Below, one piece after another: positions 27,098 through 35,475 of a stretch of 64,000 nucleotides of DNA (positions are counted from its first letter, which is position 1; each line of letters starts with the position of its first letter). Source of the DNA: Hyphomonadaceae bacterium (GTDB lineage Bacteria; Pseudomonadota; Alphaproteobacteria; Caulobacterales; Aquidulcibacteraceae). The stretch lies in assembly GCA_050246435.1 (NCBI GenBank), contig JBFWWB010000001.1, positions 736 to 64,735 on the forward strand, in the 5' to 3' direction. The notes beneath the pieces are model-generated. The model did not search any database. It had not been told where the DNA came from and saw nothing but the letters and a program-made list of their open reading frames with translations. A program made the position numbers and the translations under genes.

Positions 27098-27354
27098 GGG
27101 CGCAGCGCCGCGCGCCAGTCGCATTTTGTGTGAAGTGCGGTTCGCCAAATTCCAACATTGTCTCGGTTGACACGGGAAAATGCGGGCGTGTTCTCGATAT
27201 GAAGGGAACGCGCTGCGGCGGCCTTTTCAAGAGCGCGCTTCGTGAAGCCGACTGGGCCGAATGTCCCACGTGCGAGGCGACCGGGCGAATGGCCACCGGA
27301 CGATGTGACGATTGCAATGGCGCGGGCTGGTTGTTCCAAAGACAACCCTATTGA
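27079..27354 (+). CDS. small Cys-rich zinc-finger protein (DnaJ-type CxxCxGxG repeats), hypothetical
   Basis: 91 aa with CVKC, KCGRV..TRCGG, CPTCEATG and CDDCNGAG. It overlaps the last 19 nt of nrdA in another frame. It has more A/T-ending codons than its neighbours. The start is uncertain. Confidence 0.45.
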   Translation: MPRVPVRAQRRAPVAFCVKCGSPNSNIVSVDTGKCGRVLDMKGTRCGGLFKSALREADWAECPTCEATGRMATGRCDDCNGAGWLFQRQPY

Positions 27355-27370
27355 GAGCACCAACGCGCTC

Positions 27371-27461
27371 GGCCCCAGCGAAGGCTGGGGCCCAGAAACG
27401 CCAGCGTCCCTGCCTCTTCTGAAACGTCAGTGGTTCTGGGCCCCAGCCTGCGCTGGGGCCC
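27371..27461. repeat. REP/MITE-like palindromic element (two GC-rich hairpins in mirrored arrangement)
   Basis: - Hairpin A: GGCCCCAGC-GAAG-GCTGGGGCC (27371-27392).
- Hairpin B: GGGCCCCAGC-CTGC-GCTGGGGCCC (27438-27461).
- Inner similar segments: CAGAAACGCCAGCG and CTGAAACGTCAGTG. Confidence 0.6.
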
Positions 27462-27523
27462 AGCACGTCAGCCGTGTGCGATCACCCGCTTTCGCTGCGA
27501 TCGGTCCAACGTTAAATTCGCGC

Positions 27524-27865
27524 ATGGATGCCGATCGCCTCTGCGCTGTCTACATGCTCGCAAGCGGCATGCACGGCACGCTGTACGTGGGCGTCACTAG
27601 CGACCTGCTGCGCCGCGTTTCTGAGCACCGTGAAGGCGTCGCCGCATCATTCACCAAGCGATACGCCGTCAGCAAGCTTGTGTGGTTTGAGCCCTACGAC
27701 TTTCTCGATGCGGCGCGTGTTCGCGAGAAGCGGATCAAGGCATGGCGCAGAGATTGGAAATGCGCCTTGGTGGAGCGCTCCAATCCTCAATGGAATGATC
27801 TCTTTCCATCATTGGCAGGCGGCAAGGGCGTTTCGCCCGACAAGTGGAAGCCGCCGACAGCGTAG
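27524..27865 (+). CDS. GIY-YIG nuclease family protein (YhbQ-like small URI-domain protein)
   Basis: VYMLASGMHGTLYVGVTSDLLRRVSEHREG ... LVWFE ... REKRIKAWRR is the standard small GIY-YIG pattern. Start at ATG 27524 inside the longer track ORF. Confidence 0.85.
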   Translation: MDADRLCAVYMLASGMHGTLYVGVTSDLLRRVSEHREGVAASFTKRYAVSKLVWFEPYDFLDAARVREKRIKAWRRDWKCALVERSNPQWNDLFPSLAGGKGVSPDKWKPPTA

Positions 27866-27912
27866 CACTCAAATTTATCCGACCCAGTCACCGCCACGCT
27901 TAAAATGCCCGC

Positions 27913-28518
27913 GTGCAACGCTTCGATCTCTCCGCCGCGTGGGAGCGTCTCGCCGCGATGATCCAATGGATCGTCGCGCTGTACGGCGGGCCGGCCGAGA
28001 TCGCGCAGCGCCTCTGTTTCCTGCGCAAGGACCGCCAGCATTTCCTGGCCTGGCTGGCGCCGCTTGAAGCTTTGGCGCGCCGCCTGCTGTTCATCGAAGC
28101 CGCCGTCCTCCCCGCGCCCAACAGGGCGCCTGCGGTCACCGCCGCAGGCCGCATCGCGAACGCCTACACGGACGAACCGCGCGCCGAATTACCGGAGGAT
28201 CCGAAACGGTGGCGCGTCGTCTTCCGCGTCGGCCCATCCAGCGCGCGCCGCGCGGCGCCGTCCGTCCTTGCGCCGCGCGGATTCGGCGCCATCGCCAACG
28301 CCCTTCCGCTGGCGCGCCGTTTGGAAGCGTTGTTGCGGCTCATGGAAAATCGCACGCGCGCCCTCGCGCGGCTGGCGCGGCGCCTGCATGCATCGCCGAA
28401 GCGATGCGCCGCGGCTTTCGCGCCCTATCGCCATCGCGCGCGGTTCGCCACGGATGCACTTCACGCGGCGCAAACAGAAGCTGACATCGCGCGGGCGCGC
28501 TTTGCGGACACATCGTGA
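27913..28518 (+). CDS. hypothetical protein
   Basis: 201 aa ORF, helical and Arg/Ala-rich. No family recognised. Its position and codon bias are acceptable. Confidence 0.45.
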   Translation: MQRFDLSAAWERLAAMIQWIVALYGGPAEIAQRLCFLRKDRQHFLAWLAPLEALARRLLFIEAAVLPAPNRAPAVTAAGRIANAYTDEPRAELPEDPKRWRVVFRVGPSSARRAAPSVLAPRGFGAIANALPLARRLEALLRLMENRTRALARLARRLHASPKRCAAAFAPYRHRARFATDALHAAQTEADIARARFADTS

Positions 28519-28580
28519 CCGCGCGCCGCGCCTGAGCAGGATCGCCGCGCGCCCTTCGCGCCGCGGCTGCGGCCGTGCGC

Positions 28581-28778
28581 CTAGGCCGCCACCTTGTGCG
28601 CGGCGAGCCAGGCGAGCGCGTCGCGCTCAATCCATTTCCGCGCCGCGTTCTCGGAGCGGAAGCCCGTCATCTCGATCGGCGCGCCGAAACCCGGCGGCGT
28701 GACGAGAACTTCCCAATCGCCAGCCTTGCGGCGGCGCACGGCGAAACCAGGAGCGTGATCGATCATGGCCACGCCCAT
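28581..28778 (-). CDS. small hypothetical protein (about 65 aa)
   Basis: MGVAMIDHAPGFAVRRRKAGDWEVLVTPPGFGAPIEMTGFRSENAARKWIERDALAWLAAHK looks like a folded small domain. The upstream part of the 127 aa track ORF looks non-coding. Confidence 0.4.
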   Translation of the reverse strand: MGVAMIDHAPGFAVRRRKAGDWEVLVTPPGFGAPIEMTGFRSENAARKWIERDALAWLAAHKVAA

Positions 28779-28848
28779 AGATGATTCGCGCGCAGGCCGC
28801 GTAATTACGCCGTCTTCATGCGCGCGAAGCTGTGCATCGCCACAGAGG

Positions 28849-30267
28849 TTAACGCGGAGCGCAGCGCGCCGCGAGTTGCGCCACCAGATCGGCGGCGAAT
28901 TCGGAAAGCGTATCGTCGCGCGCACCCATGATGACGATGCGATCGCCCGGCTGCGCCAGCTCAAGCAATTTCTCCGCGCACTCCGCGCGCGTAGGCAGCG
29001 CCAGCGCGTGGCGGCCGTTCATGCGCACGCCGGCGGCGATATGCTCGCTCGTCACCGCGCGGTCCACCGTGCCGCCGAAATACGCCGGATCGGGCAGGAT
29101 CAGCACGTCCTGCGGTCCGAGATCGCGCGCGAAGCCGGCGATGAATTCGCGCTTCATCAGCTTCAGCGGCCCGAAGCCGTGCGGCTGGAACATCACCAGC
29201 AGCCGGCCCGGAAACGCATGCAAGGTGGCAAGCGTGGCGGCGATCTTATCGGGATTGTGCGCGAAATCATCGATCACCACGACGCCGTCCGCGGTCCCTG
29301 CGATCTCCAGGCGCCGGCGCACGCCGGCGAAGCGCTGCAGCGCCGCCACGCCCTGCTCCACGCCGACGTCGCAGGCGCGCGCCGCAGCAAGCGCCGCCAG
29401 CGCGTTTTCGACATTGTGGCGGCCGGGGACCGGCAGGTTCAGCGGAAACGCCTTGCCGCTCGCCTTTTCCCGCACGATGCAGCGCATGCCGTTCTGCGTC
29501 GGGGTGACTTCGCTGGCGAACAGATCGGCGTCGTCGTTCACGAGGCTGAACGTCACCGTTTCGTATGCGAGGCGCAGGTCGGCCATCGTTTCGGTTTCGG
29601 CGTTGTCGAGATTGAGCACGGCGGTGCGCGCCTTCGCCGCGAAATCGCGGAACAGCGCGCGCAATTCGTCGAGCGATTTGTGATCGAGGGAGATGTTGGT
29701 GACGACGGCGATCGTCGGCTGGTAGCGCGTGATCGAACCGTCGCTTTCGTCCACCTCGGCGACGAAGGCACCCCCCTCGCCCGCCAGCGCGCTGGCGAAG
29801 GGCGTATCGGGCGTCATGAAATTCTTCATCACCGCGCCGTTCACGATAGTGGGCGCGCGGCCCGCGGCGGAGAGAATCCAGCCGATCATCGCGGTAGTGG
29901 TGGATTTGCCGCTGGTGCCGCCGACGGCGATGCGCTCGGGCGCGGCGTTGAACAGCGAGGAGAGAAGCTCCGCCCGCGTGATGATCGGCAGCGAGAGCTT
30001 TCTCGCGCCGATCACGTCAGGCACGGTTTCCTCGATCGCGGCCGAAACGACGAGCGTTTGGCCCGCCTCGCGCACGCCGCTGCCGTCCTGCGGGTAAAGC
30101 GCCACGCCCTGCGCGCGCAGGAATTCGAATTTCGGCGCCGTGCGGCCCTGATCGAGCGCGCGGTCGGAGCCTTCCACATGCGCGCCGCCCGCGCGCGCGA
30201 TGAGCGCCAATGGCAGCATGCCGCTGCCGCCCACGCCGCAGAAGAAATAACGTTTGTCGCGATTCAT
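28849..30267 (-). CDS. Mur ligase family protein (MurC/Mpl-like)
   Basis: [18 protein letters not shown] Rossmann-like N-domain, P-loop [20 protein letters not shown], and NISLDH. It is divergent from an LD-carboxypeptidase gene, which suggests murein peptide recycling. Confidence 0.8.
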   Translation of the reverse strand: MNRDKRYFFCGVGGSGMLPLALIARAGGAHVEGSDRALDQGRTAPKFEFLRAQGVALYPQDGSGVREAGQTLVVSAAIEETVPDVIGARKLSLPIITRAELLSSLFNAAPERIAVGGTSGKSTTTAMIGWILSAAGRAPTIVNGAVMKNFMTPDTPFASALAGEGGAFVAEVDESDGSITRYQPTIAVVTNISLDHKSLDELRALFRDFAAKARTAVLNLDNAETETMADLRLAYETVTFSLVNDDADLFASEVTPTQNGMRCIVREKASGKAFPLNLPVPGRHNVENALAALAAARACDVGVEQGVAALQRFAGVRRRLEIAGTADGVVVIDDFAHNPDKIAATLATLHAFPGRLLVMFQPHGFGPLKLMKREFIAGFARDLGPQDVLILPDPAYFGGTVDRAVTSEHIAAGVRMNGRHALALPTRAECAEKLLELAQPGDRIVIMGARDDTLSEFAADLVAQLAARCAPR

Positions 30268-30329
30268 CGGGCGAGCGTATGAGGGGGGCGACGGGCTTTC
30301 AAGCGCGCGGGGTTGCAGGCGGTGCGCCA

Positions 30330-31157
30330 ATGAGGATCGCGGTCGTGGCGCCCGGCGTGCGCATCGAACCGGCCATCGCCGAAACGGCGGCGGCGATCGC
30401 CGCGGCCGCCCATCCCGAACTTGAACTTTTCTTCCATCCGCAATGCTTCCTCTCCTGGGGCCATTTCGCGGGAACCGACGAAGCGCGCGCCGCAGCCCTG
30501 ATCGAGGTCGCCAACGATCCGGCGTATGCTGCGGTGTGGTTCGCGCGCGGGGGCTACGGCGCCTGCCGCGTGGCCGAACAGGTTGTCGGCGCGCTGGGGG
30601 CGAGCGCGCGCGAGAAGCTTTATCTGGGCTATAGCGATGCGGGCTTCCTGCTGGCGGCGCTGGCGCGCGCCGGTTTTCCGCGCCTCGCGCACGGGCCGAT
30701 GCCGGTCGACCTCATCCGCACCAAGGGCGAGCGCGCCGTGCGCCGGGCGCTAGCCTATCTGGCGGGCAAGCCGGGCGACGGGCTGGAGCCGCATCTGGCG
30801 GCCGGCGCGCGCCATGCGGCGTTCAACATCACCATCCTCAGCCATCTGCTGGGCACGCCGCTGGAGCCCGATCTGAGCGATTGCGTGCTGATGCTGGAAG
30901 AGGTGGGCGAGCACCATTACCGGATCGACCGCGCGATGTTTCAGATCACGTCGCATCCGGCGGTGCGGCGCGCGGCGGGCATCCGGCTGGGCCGCTGCAG
31001 CGCAATTCCGCCGAACGATCCCGATTTCACGCAGACGGAGGAAGACATCTTCCGCTTCTGGTGCGCGCGCGCCGGCATCCCCTATCTCGGCCGCGCCGAC
31101 ATCGGCCACGATGTCGAGAACAAGATCGCGCCGTTCGGCTTGTGGGCGGGGGTTTGA
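30330..31157 (+). CDS. LD-carboxypeptidase (peptidase S66, LdcA-like)
   Basis: RIAVVAPG ... [34 protein letters not shown] ... LGYSD ... [14 protein letters not shown] ... GH are typical S66 blocks. Confidence 0.85.
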   Translation: MRIAVVAPGVRIEPAIAETAAAIAAAAHPELELFFHPQCFLSWGHFAGTDEARAAALIEVANDPAYAAVWFARGGYGACRVAEQVVGALGASAREKLYLGYSDAGFLLAALARAGFPRLAHGPMPVDLIRTKGERAVRRALAYLAGKPGDGLEPHLAAGARHAAFNITILSHLLGTPLEPDLSDCVLMLEEVGEHHYRIDRAMFQITSHPAVRRAAGIRLGRCSAIPPNDPDFTQTEEDIFRFWCARAGIPYLGRADIGHDVENKIAPFGLWAGV

Positions 31158-31224
31158 CGCAAACCAGCCGCAATGCCGCCGCGCGGCGCGCGCAGCATGG
31201 CCAGCGATCCGGAGGACGCGCGCC

Positions 31225-31749
31225 ATGATCCGCACCCTGTTGCTTGCCTCCCTCGCCGCCGCCGCGCTCAGCGCCTGCGCGACGGCGCCCAGCCCCGGCG
31301 CGGCGCGCGCGCAAACCGAGCGCCAGATCGACTATGGCGGCTTCTCCGATCTCACGCGCACTCTGGCGCCCTACCGCGCTGACCGGCGCGTGACCTTGGC
31401 GGAGTTCAAAAGGATGGCGGCCGCGGGGGGCGCGCTGATTCTCGATGCGCGCTCGCCCTGGGCGTATGCGCAAGGCCACATCAAGGGCGCGGTGAACGTG
31501 CCGTTCACGGATTTTACCGCGCAGCGCCTGAAGGAGGCGATCGGCGATCCGAACCGGCGCATTCTGATTTATTGCAACAACAATTTCGCCAACGACGCGG
31601 CGCCCGTGGCGCTCAAATCCGCCCCGCTGGCGCTCAATATCCCGACCTTCATCAATCTCTACGGCTACGGCTACAAGAACCTCTACGAGCTGGGCGACGT
31701 GGTGGATTTCAACGACCCGGCGGTCGAATGGGTCCGCGGTTCGGCCTGA
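31225..31749 (+). CDS. rhodanese-like domain lipoprotein
   Basis: Lipobox AALSAC, then LILDARSPWAYAQGHIKGAVNVP and ILIYCNNN (active-site loop Cys). Confidence 0.75.
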   Translation: MIRTLLLASLAAAALSACATAPSPGAARAQTERQIDYGGFSDLTRTLAPYRADRRVTLAEFKRMAAAGGALILDARSPWAYAQGHIKGAVNVPFTDFTAQRLKEAIGDPNRRILIYCNNNFANDAAPVALKSAPLALNIPTFINLYGYGYKNLYELGDVVDFNDPAVEWVRGSA

Positions 31750-32214
31750 AGCTCGGGAACAGCACGCCCCCGCGCGGATTGTCGCAGATGAAGTTTCGGG
31801 CGAAGGCCGGCTAGGCCTGCCCGGCGATGCGGTTTTTGTGCAGGTGCGAGCAGAATCGCCTAAGCTGTTCAGGCGATTGGACGCAAAAGCCGGCGCAACC
31901 ATATTAGGTTGGTTCGATGCGGTCCGGCCGGCGGAGCCGGCGGGCGGTCCAGGGCGAGAAAGGGGACTTCTGGCGCATGCTGAGGGCCCGTTGCATGATC
32001 CCAGGCATATCGGCGCGCCGGCGAAGCTCTGGCCCGGCGGCGACAGACAGGGCGCGCCGCGCGGAAATCGCGTGGCCGGCTGGGCGGCCAAAGAATTGTT
32101 CGAGCACGCGGCGTTCTAGGGCGAAATCAGACCGAGAGGTCATCTTTATGCCGCCGCTGCAGGTTTTGATCGTATAGTCGGAAGTCAAGAAGACTTCCGC
32201 CCGATGGAGCGACG

Positions 32215-34155
32215 ATGTCTATCGATCTCTTTCGATCCTACAGCCAGGCCTTTGAGACGCGGCGTGAGACAGAAATGTCCCTCTCCGACTTCTTGCAAGG
32301 ATGCCGCAAGGATCCGCTATTTTACGCCGGCCCCCACGAACGCCTGCTCGCCGCGATCGGCGAGCCGGAGATGGTGGACACCTCCAAGGATTCCCGGCTC
32401 GGCCGCATCTTCATGAACCGCACGGTGCGGCTCTACAAAAGCTTCACCGAATTCTACGGCATGGAAGAAACGATCGATCGAATCGTCGCCTTCTTCCGCC
32501 ATGGCGCGCAGGGCCTCGAGGAGCGCAAGCAGATCCTCTATCAGCTGGGCCCGGTGGGCGGCGGCAAATCCTCCCTCGCCGAGCGCATCAAGCAGCTGAT
32601 GGAGCAACAGCCCATCTATGTGCTGAAGGCGGGGGGCGAGATGTCTCCCATCTTCGAAAGCCCGCTGGTGCTGTTCGATCCCGCGACGCACGGCCAGCGC
32701 CTGGAAGACGAATTCGGCATTCCGCGCCGCAAGCTCTCCGGCTTGATGAGCCCGTGGTGCGTGAAGCGGCTCGATGAGTTCGGCGGCGACATCACGCGTT
32801 TCACGGTTGCGAGGGTGAACCCCTCGCGGTTGCGCCAAATCGCCATCTCGAAGACCGAGCCGGGCGACGAGAACAACCAGGACGTCTCCTCGCTCGTCGG
32901 CAAGGTCGACATCCGCAAGCTGGAGATGCACGCCCAGAACGACAGCGACGCTTATTCCTATTCCGGCGGCCTCAATCGTGCGAACCAGGGCGTGCTGGAA
33001 TTCGTGGAAATGTTCAAAGCGCCGATCAAGATGCTGCATCCGCTGCTAACAGCGACGCAGGACGGCTCTTACGTCGGCACAGAGAATATCGGCGCCATCC
33101 CGTTCAACGGCATCGTGCTGGCGCACTCAAACGAAAGCGAATGGCAGAGCTTCAAGAACAACAAGAACAACGAGGCCTTCATCGACCGGATCTACGTGAT
33201 CAAGGTTCCGTATTGCCTGCGCGTGCAGGAGGAGCGGAAAATCTACGAGAAGCTAGTGTCCACGTCGGAACTGGCGAGCGCGCCCTGCGCGCCCGCCACG
33301 CTCGACATGATGGCGCAATTCTCCGTGCTGACGCGGCTGAAGGCGCACGAGAATTCGAGCCTGTTCGCCAAGATGCGCGTCTACAACGGGGAAAGCCTCA
33401 AGGAGGTCGATCCGAAGGCGCGCACGATGCAGGAATACAAGGACGTCGCCGGCGTCGATGAGGGGATGGACGGCACGTCCACCCGATTCGCCTTCAAAAC
33501 CTTGGCGGCCACGTTCAATTTCGACACCCAAGAGGTGGCGGCCGATCCGGTGCAGCTCATGTATGTGCTGGAACAGGCGATCCGGCGCGAGCAATACCCG
33601 CCCGACACCGAGAAGCAGTATCTGGAATTCATCAAGGCCGAACTGGCGCCGCGCTTCGCGGAATTCATCGGGCACGAAATCCAGAAGGCCTATCTCGAAA
33701 GCTATTCGGACTATGGGCAGAACCTGTTCGATCGCTACGTCGATTACGCCGACGCCTGGATCGAGGATCAGGATTTCAAGGATCCCGACACCGGCCAGCT
33801 CTTGAACCGCGAACTCCTCAACCAGGAGCTTTCGAAGATCGAGAAACCGGCCGGCATCGCCAACCCGAAGGATTTCCGCAACGAAGTGGTGAAGTTCACC
33901 TTGCGCGCGCGGGCCTCCCACGGCGGGCGCAATCCCTCCTGGACGTCGTACGAGAAAATCCGCGAAGTGATCGAGCGGCGCATGTTCTCCCAGGTGGAGG
34001 ATCTGCTGCCGGTGATCTCGTTCGGCTCCAAGAAGGACTCGGAGACCGAGAAGAAGCATAGCGAGTTCGTTGATCGGATGATGGACCGCGGATACACCGA
34101 ACGGCAGGTCCGCCGGCTCGTCGAGTGGTACATGCGGGTCAAGCAAGCGGGATAG
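32215..34155 (+). CDS. prkA: PrkA family serine protein kinase (YeaG-like)
   Basis: FYGMEETIDRIVAFFRHGAQGLEERKQILYQLGPVGGGKSSLAERIK (AAA-type P-loop). 646 aa. Followed by yeaH and spoVR homologs. Confidence 0.95.
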   Translation: MSIDLFRSYSQAFETRRETEMSLSDFLQGCRKDPLFYAGPHERLLAAIGEPEMVDTSKDSRLGRIFMNRTVRLYKSFTEFYGMEETIDRIVAFFRHGAQGLEERKQILYQLGPVGGGKSSLAERIKQLMEQQPIYVLKAGGEMSPIFESPLVLFDPATHGQRLEDEFGIPRRKLSGLMSPWCVKRLDEFGGDITRFTVARVNPSRLRQIAISKTEPGDENNQDVSSLVGKVDIRKLEMHAQNDSDAYSYSGGLNRANQGVLEFVEMFKAPIKMLHPLLTATQDGSYVGTENIGAIPFNGIVLAHSNESEWQSFKNNKNNEAFIDRIYVIKVPYCLRVQEERKIYEKLVSTSELASAPCAPATLDMMAQFSVLTRLKAHENSSLFAKMRVYNGESLKEVDPKARTMQEYKDVAGVDEGMDGTSTRFAFKTLAATFNFDTQEVAADPVQLMYVLEQAIRREQYPPDTEKQYLEFIKAELAPRFAEFIGHEIQKAYLESYSDYGQNLFDRYVDYADAWIEDQDFKDPDTGQLLNRELLNQELSKIEKPAGIANPKDFRNEVVKFTLRARASHGGRNPSWTSYEKIREVIERRMFSQVEDLLPVISFGSKKDSETEKKHSEFVDRMMDRGYTERQVRRLVEWYMRVKQAG

Positions 34156-34176
34156 AACAAGGCAGGCTGGCGGCTC

Positions 34177-35475
34177 ATGCACATCATCGACCGGCGGCTG
34201 AATCCCGGGGGCAAAAGCCTCGGCAACAAGCAGCGTTTCGTCCGCCGAGCCCGGGCTGCGGTGCGCAAGGCCGTTCGCGAGGCCACGCGCGGGCGCGGCA
34301 TCAAGGAGATCGACCAGGGCGGCGAGATCGTCATCCCCGCGGAAGACGTGCACGAACCGACGTTCCATCATTCCGGCCAGGGCGGCTCGCGCGATTACGT
34401 GCTGCCCGGCAACAAGCAATACATCTCCGGCGATACGATCGCGCGCCCGCAGGGTGGCGGCGGGGGCGGCGCCAACGCCAGCACCGATGGCGGCGGCGAG
34501 GATGAATTCCGCTTTGTGTTGAACCAGGAGGAATTCCTGGATCTGTTCATGGAGGATCTCGAGCTTCCCGATCTCGCCAAGCGCCAAATCAAGGGTGTTT
34601 CGACGCCGCAATGGCGCCGCGCAGGCTATCGCGCCTACGGCACGCCCTCGAACATCGCCATCCCGCGCACCTTGCGTAATTCCTTGCAGCGGCGCATCGC
34701 GCTGCGCCGGCCGGGCGGCCGCTCGATCGAGGTGCTGACTGCCGAGATCGAGGCGCTGGAGAAGGAAGGCGGCGATCCCGAAAAGCTCGCGGCGCTGCGT
34801 GCGGAGCTGGAAGGCTTGAAGCGGCGCGCCGCAGTGATCCCCTATATCGATCCGCTCGACGTGCGCTATCGCCGATACGAGGCGACGCCGCGGCCCATCG
34901 CGCAGGCGGTGATGTTCTGCCTGATGGACGTTTCCGGCTCGATGGACGAGCACATGAAGGATCTCGCCAAGCGGTTCTTCAGCCTGCTCTATCTGTTCCT
35001 CAAGCGCCGCTACGAGCATGTCGAGGTGGTGTTCATCCGCCACACGCACCTGGCGCAAGAAGTCGACGAAGACACTTTCTTCTACAGCCGCGAAAGCGGC
35101 GGCACGATCGTTTCCACTGCACTCGAAGAAATGGCGCGCATCGTGCACGACCGGTTCCCGGTGAATGATTGGAACATTTACGGGGCGCAAAGCTCGGACG
35201 GGGACAATCATCCCGGCGACAATCCAAAGACGATCTCGCTGCTGCGCGAGGTGATCCTGCCGATGTGCCAGTATTACGCTTATCTCGAGGTGGGCGGGGA
35301 AACCCTGCACTCCCCGATGCCTTCCTCCGAGCGCGCCACCAATCTTTGGCGCGCGTATGAACTGGTGATGGGCGATCATGTGCCCTTGGCGATGCGCAAG
35401 GTGTCGCACCGGCGTGAAATCTATCCTGTGTTCAGGGAATTGTTCAGCAGCGGCGCGCAGGCGGAGACGGCGTGA
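34177..35475 (+). CDS. yeaH: YeaH/YhbH family protein (DUF444)
   Basis: MHIIDRRLNPGGKSLGNKQRF N-terminus, a Gly-rich segment, and a C-terminal VWA-like region CLMDVSGSMDEHM. 432 aa. Confidence 0.9.
   Translation: MHIIDRRLNPGGKSLGNKQRFVRRARAAVRKAVREATRGRGIKEIDQGGEIVIPAEDVHEPTFHHSGQGGSRDYVLPGNKQYISGDTIARPQGGGGGGANASTDGGGEDEFRFVLNQEEFLDLFMEDLELPDLAKRQIKGVSTPQWRRAGYRAYGTPSNIAIPRTLRNSLQRRIALRRPGGRSIEVLTAEIEALEKEGGDPEKLAALRAELEGLKRRAAVIPYIDPLDVRYRRYEATPRPIAQAVMFCLMDVSGSMDEHMKDLAKRFFSLLYLFLKRRYEHVEVVFIRHTHLAQEVDEDTFFYSRESGGTIVSTALEEMARIVHDRFPVNDWNIYGAQSSDGDNHPGDNPKTISLLREVILPMCQYYAYLEVGGETLHSPMPSSERATNLWRAYELVMGDHVPLAMRKVSHRREIYPVFRELFSSGAQAETA

Noticed and set aside
25181-27148. 655 aa minus-strand ORF antisense to nrdA. 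Similar long antisense or off-frame ORFs include 2183-3391, 21121-22536, 33253-35409, 40060-41559, 47647-49197, 50156-52195, 13495-15231 and 62066-63106.
   Set aside because: They are shadow ORFs typical of high-GC DNA. Their composition is low-complexity (Arg/Ala/Gly/His-rich), they have no recognisable motifs, and each lies opposite a confidently identified gene.
31756-31785. EcfG/general-stress promoter (GGAAC-N16-17-CGTT) for the prkA operon
   Set aside because: GGAAC is present, but the sequence at the -10 position reads GATT rather than CGTT. It is also more than 430 nt from the start codon.
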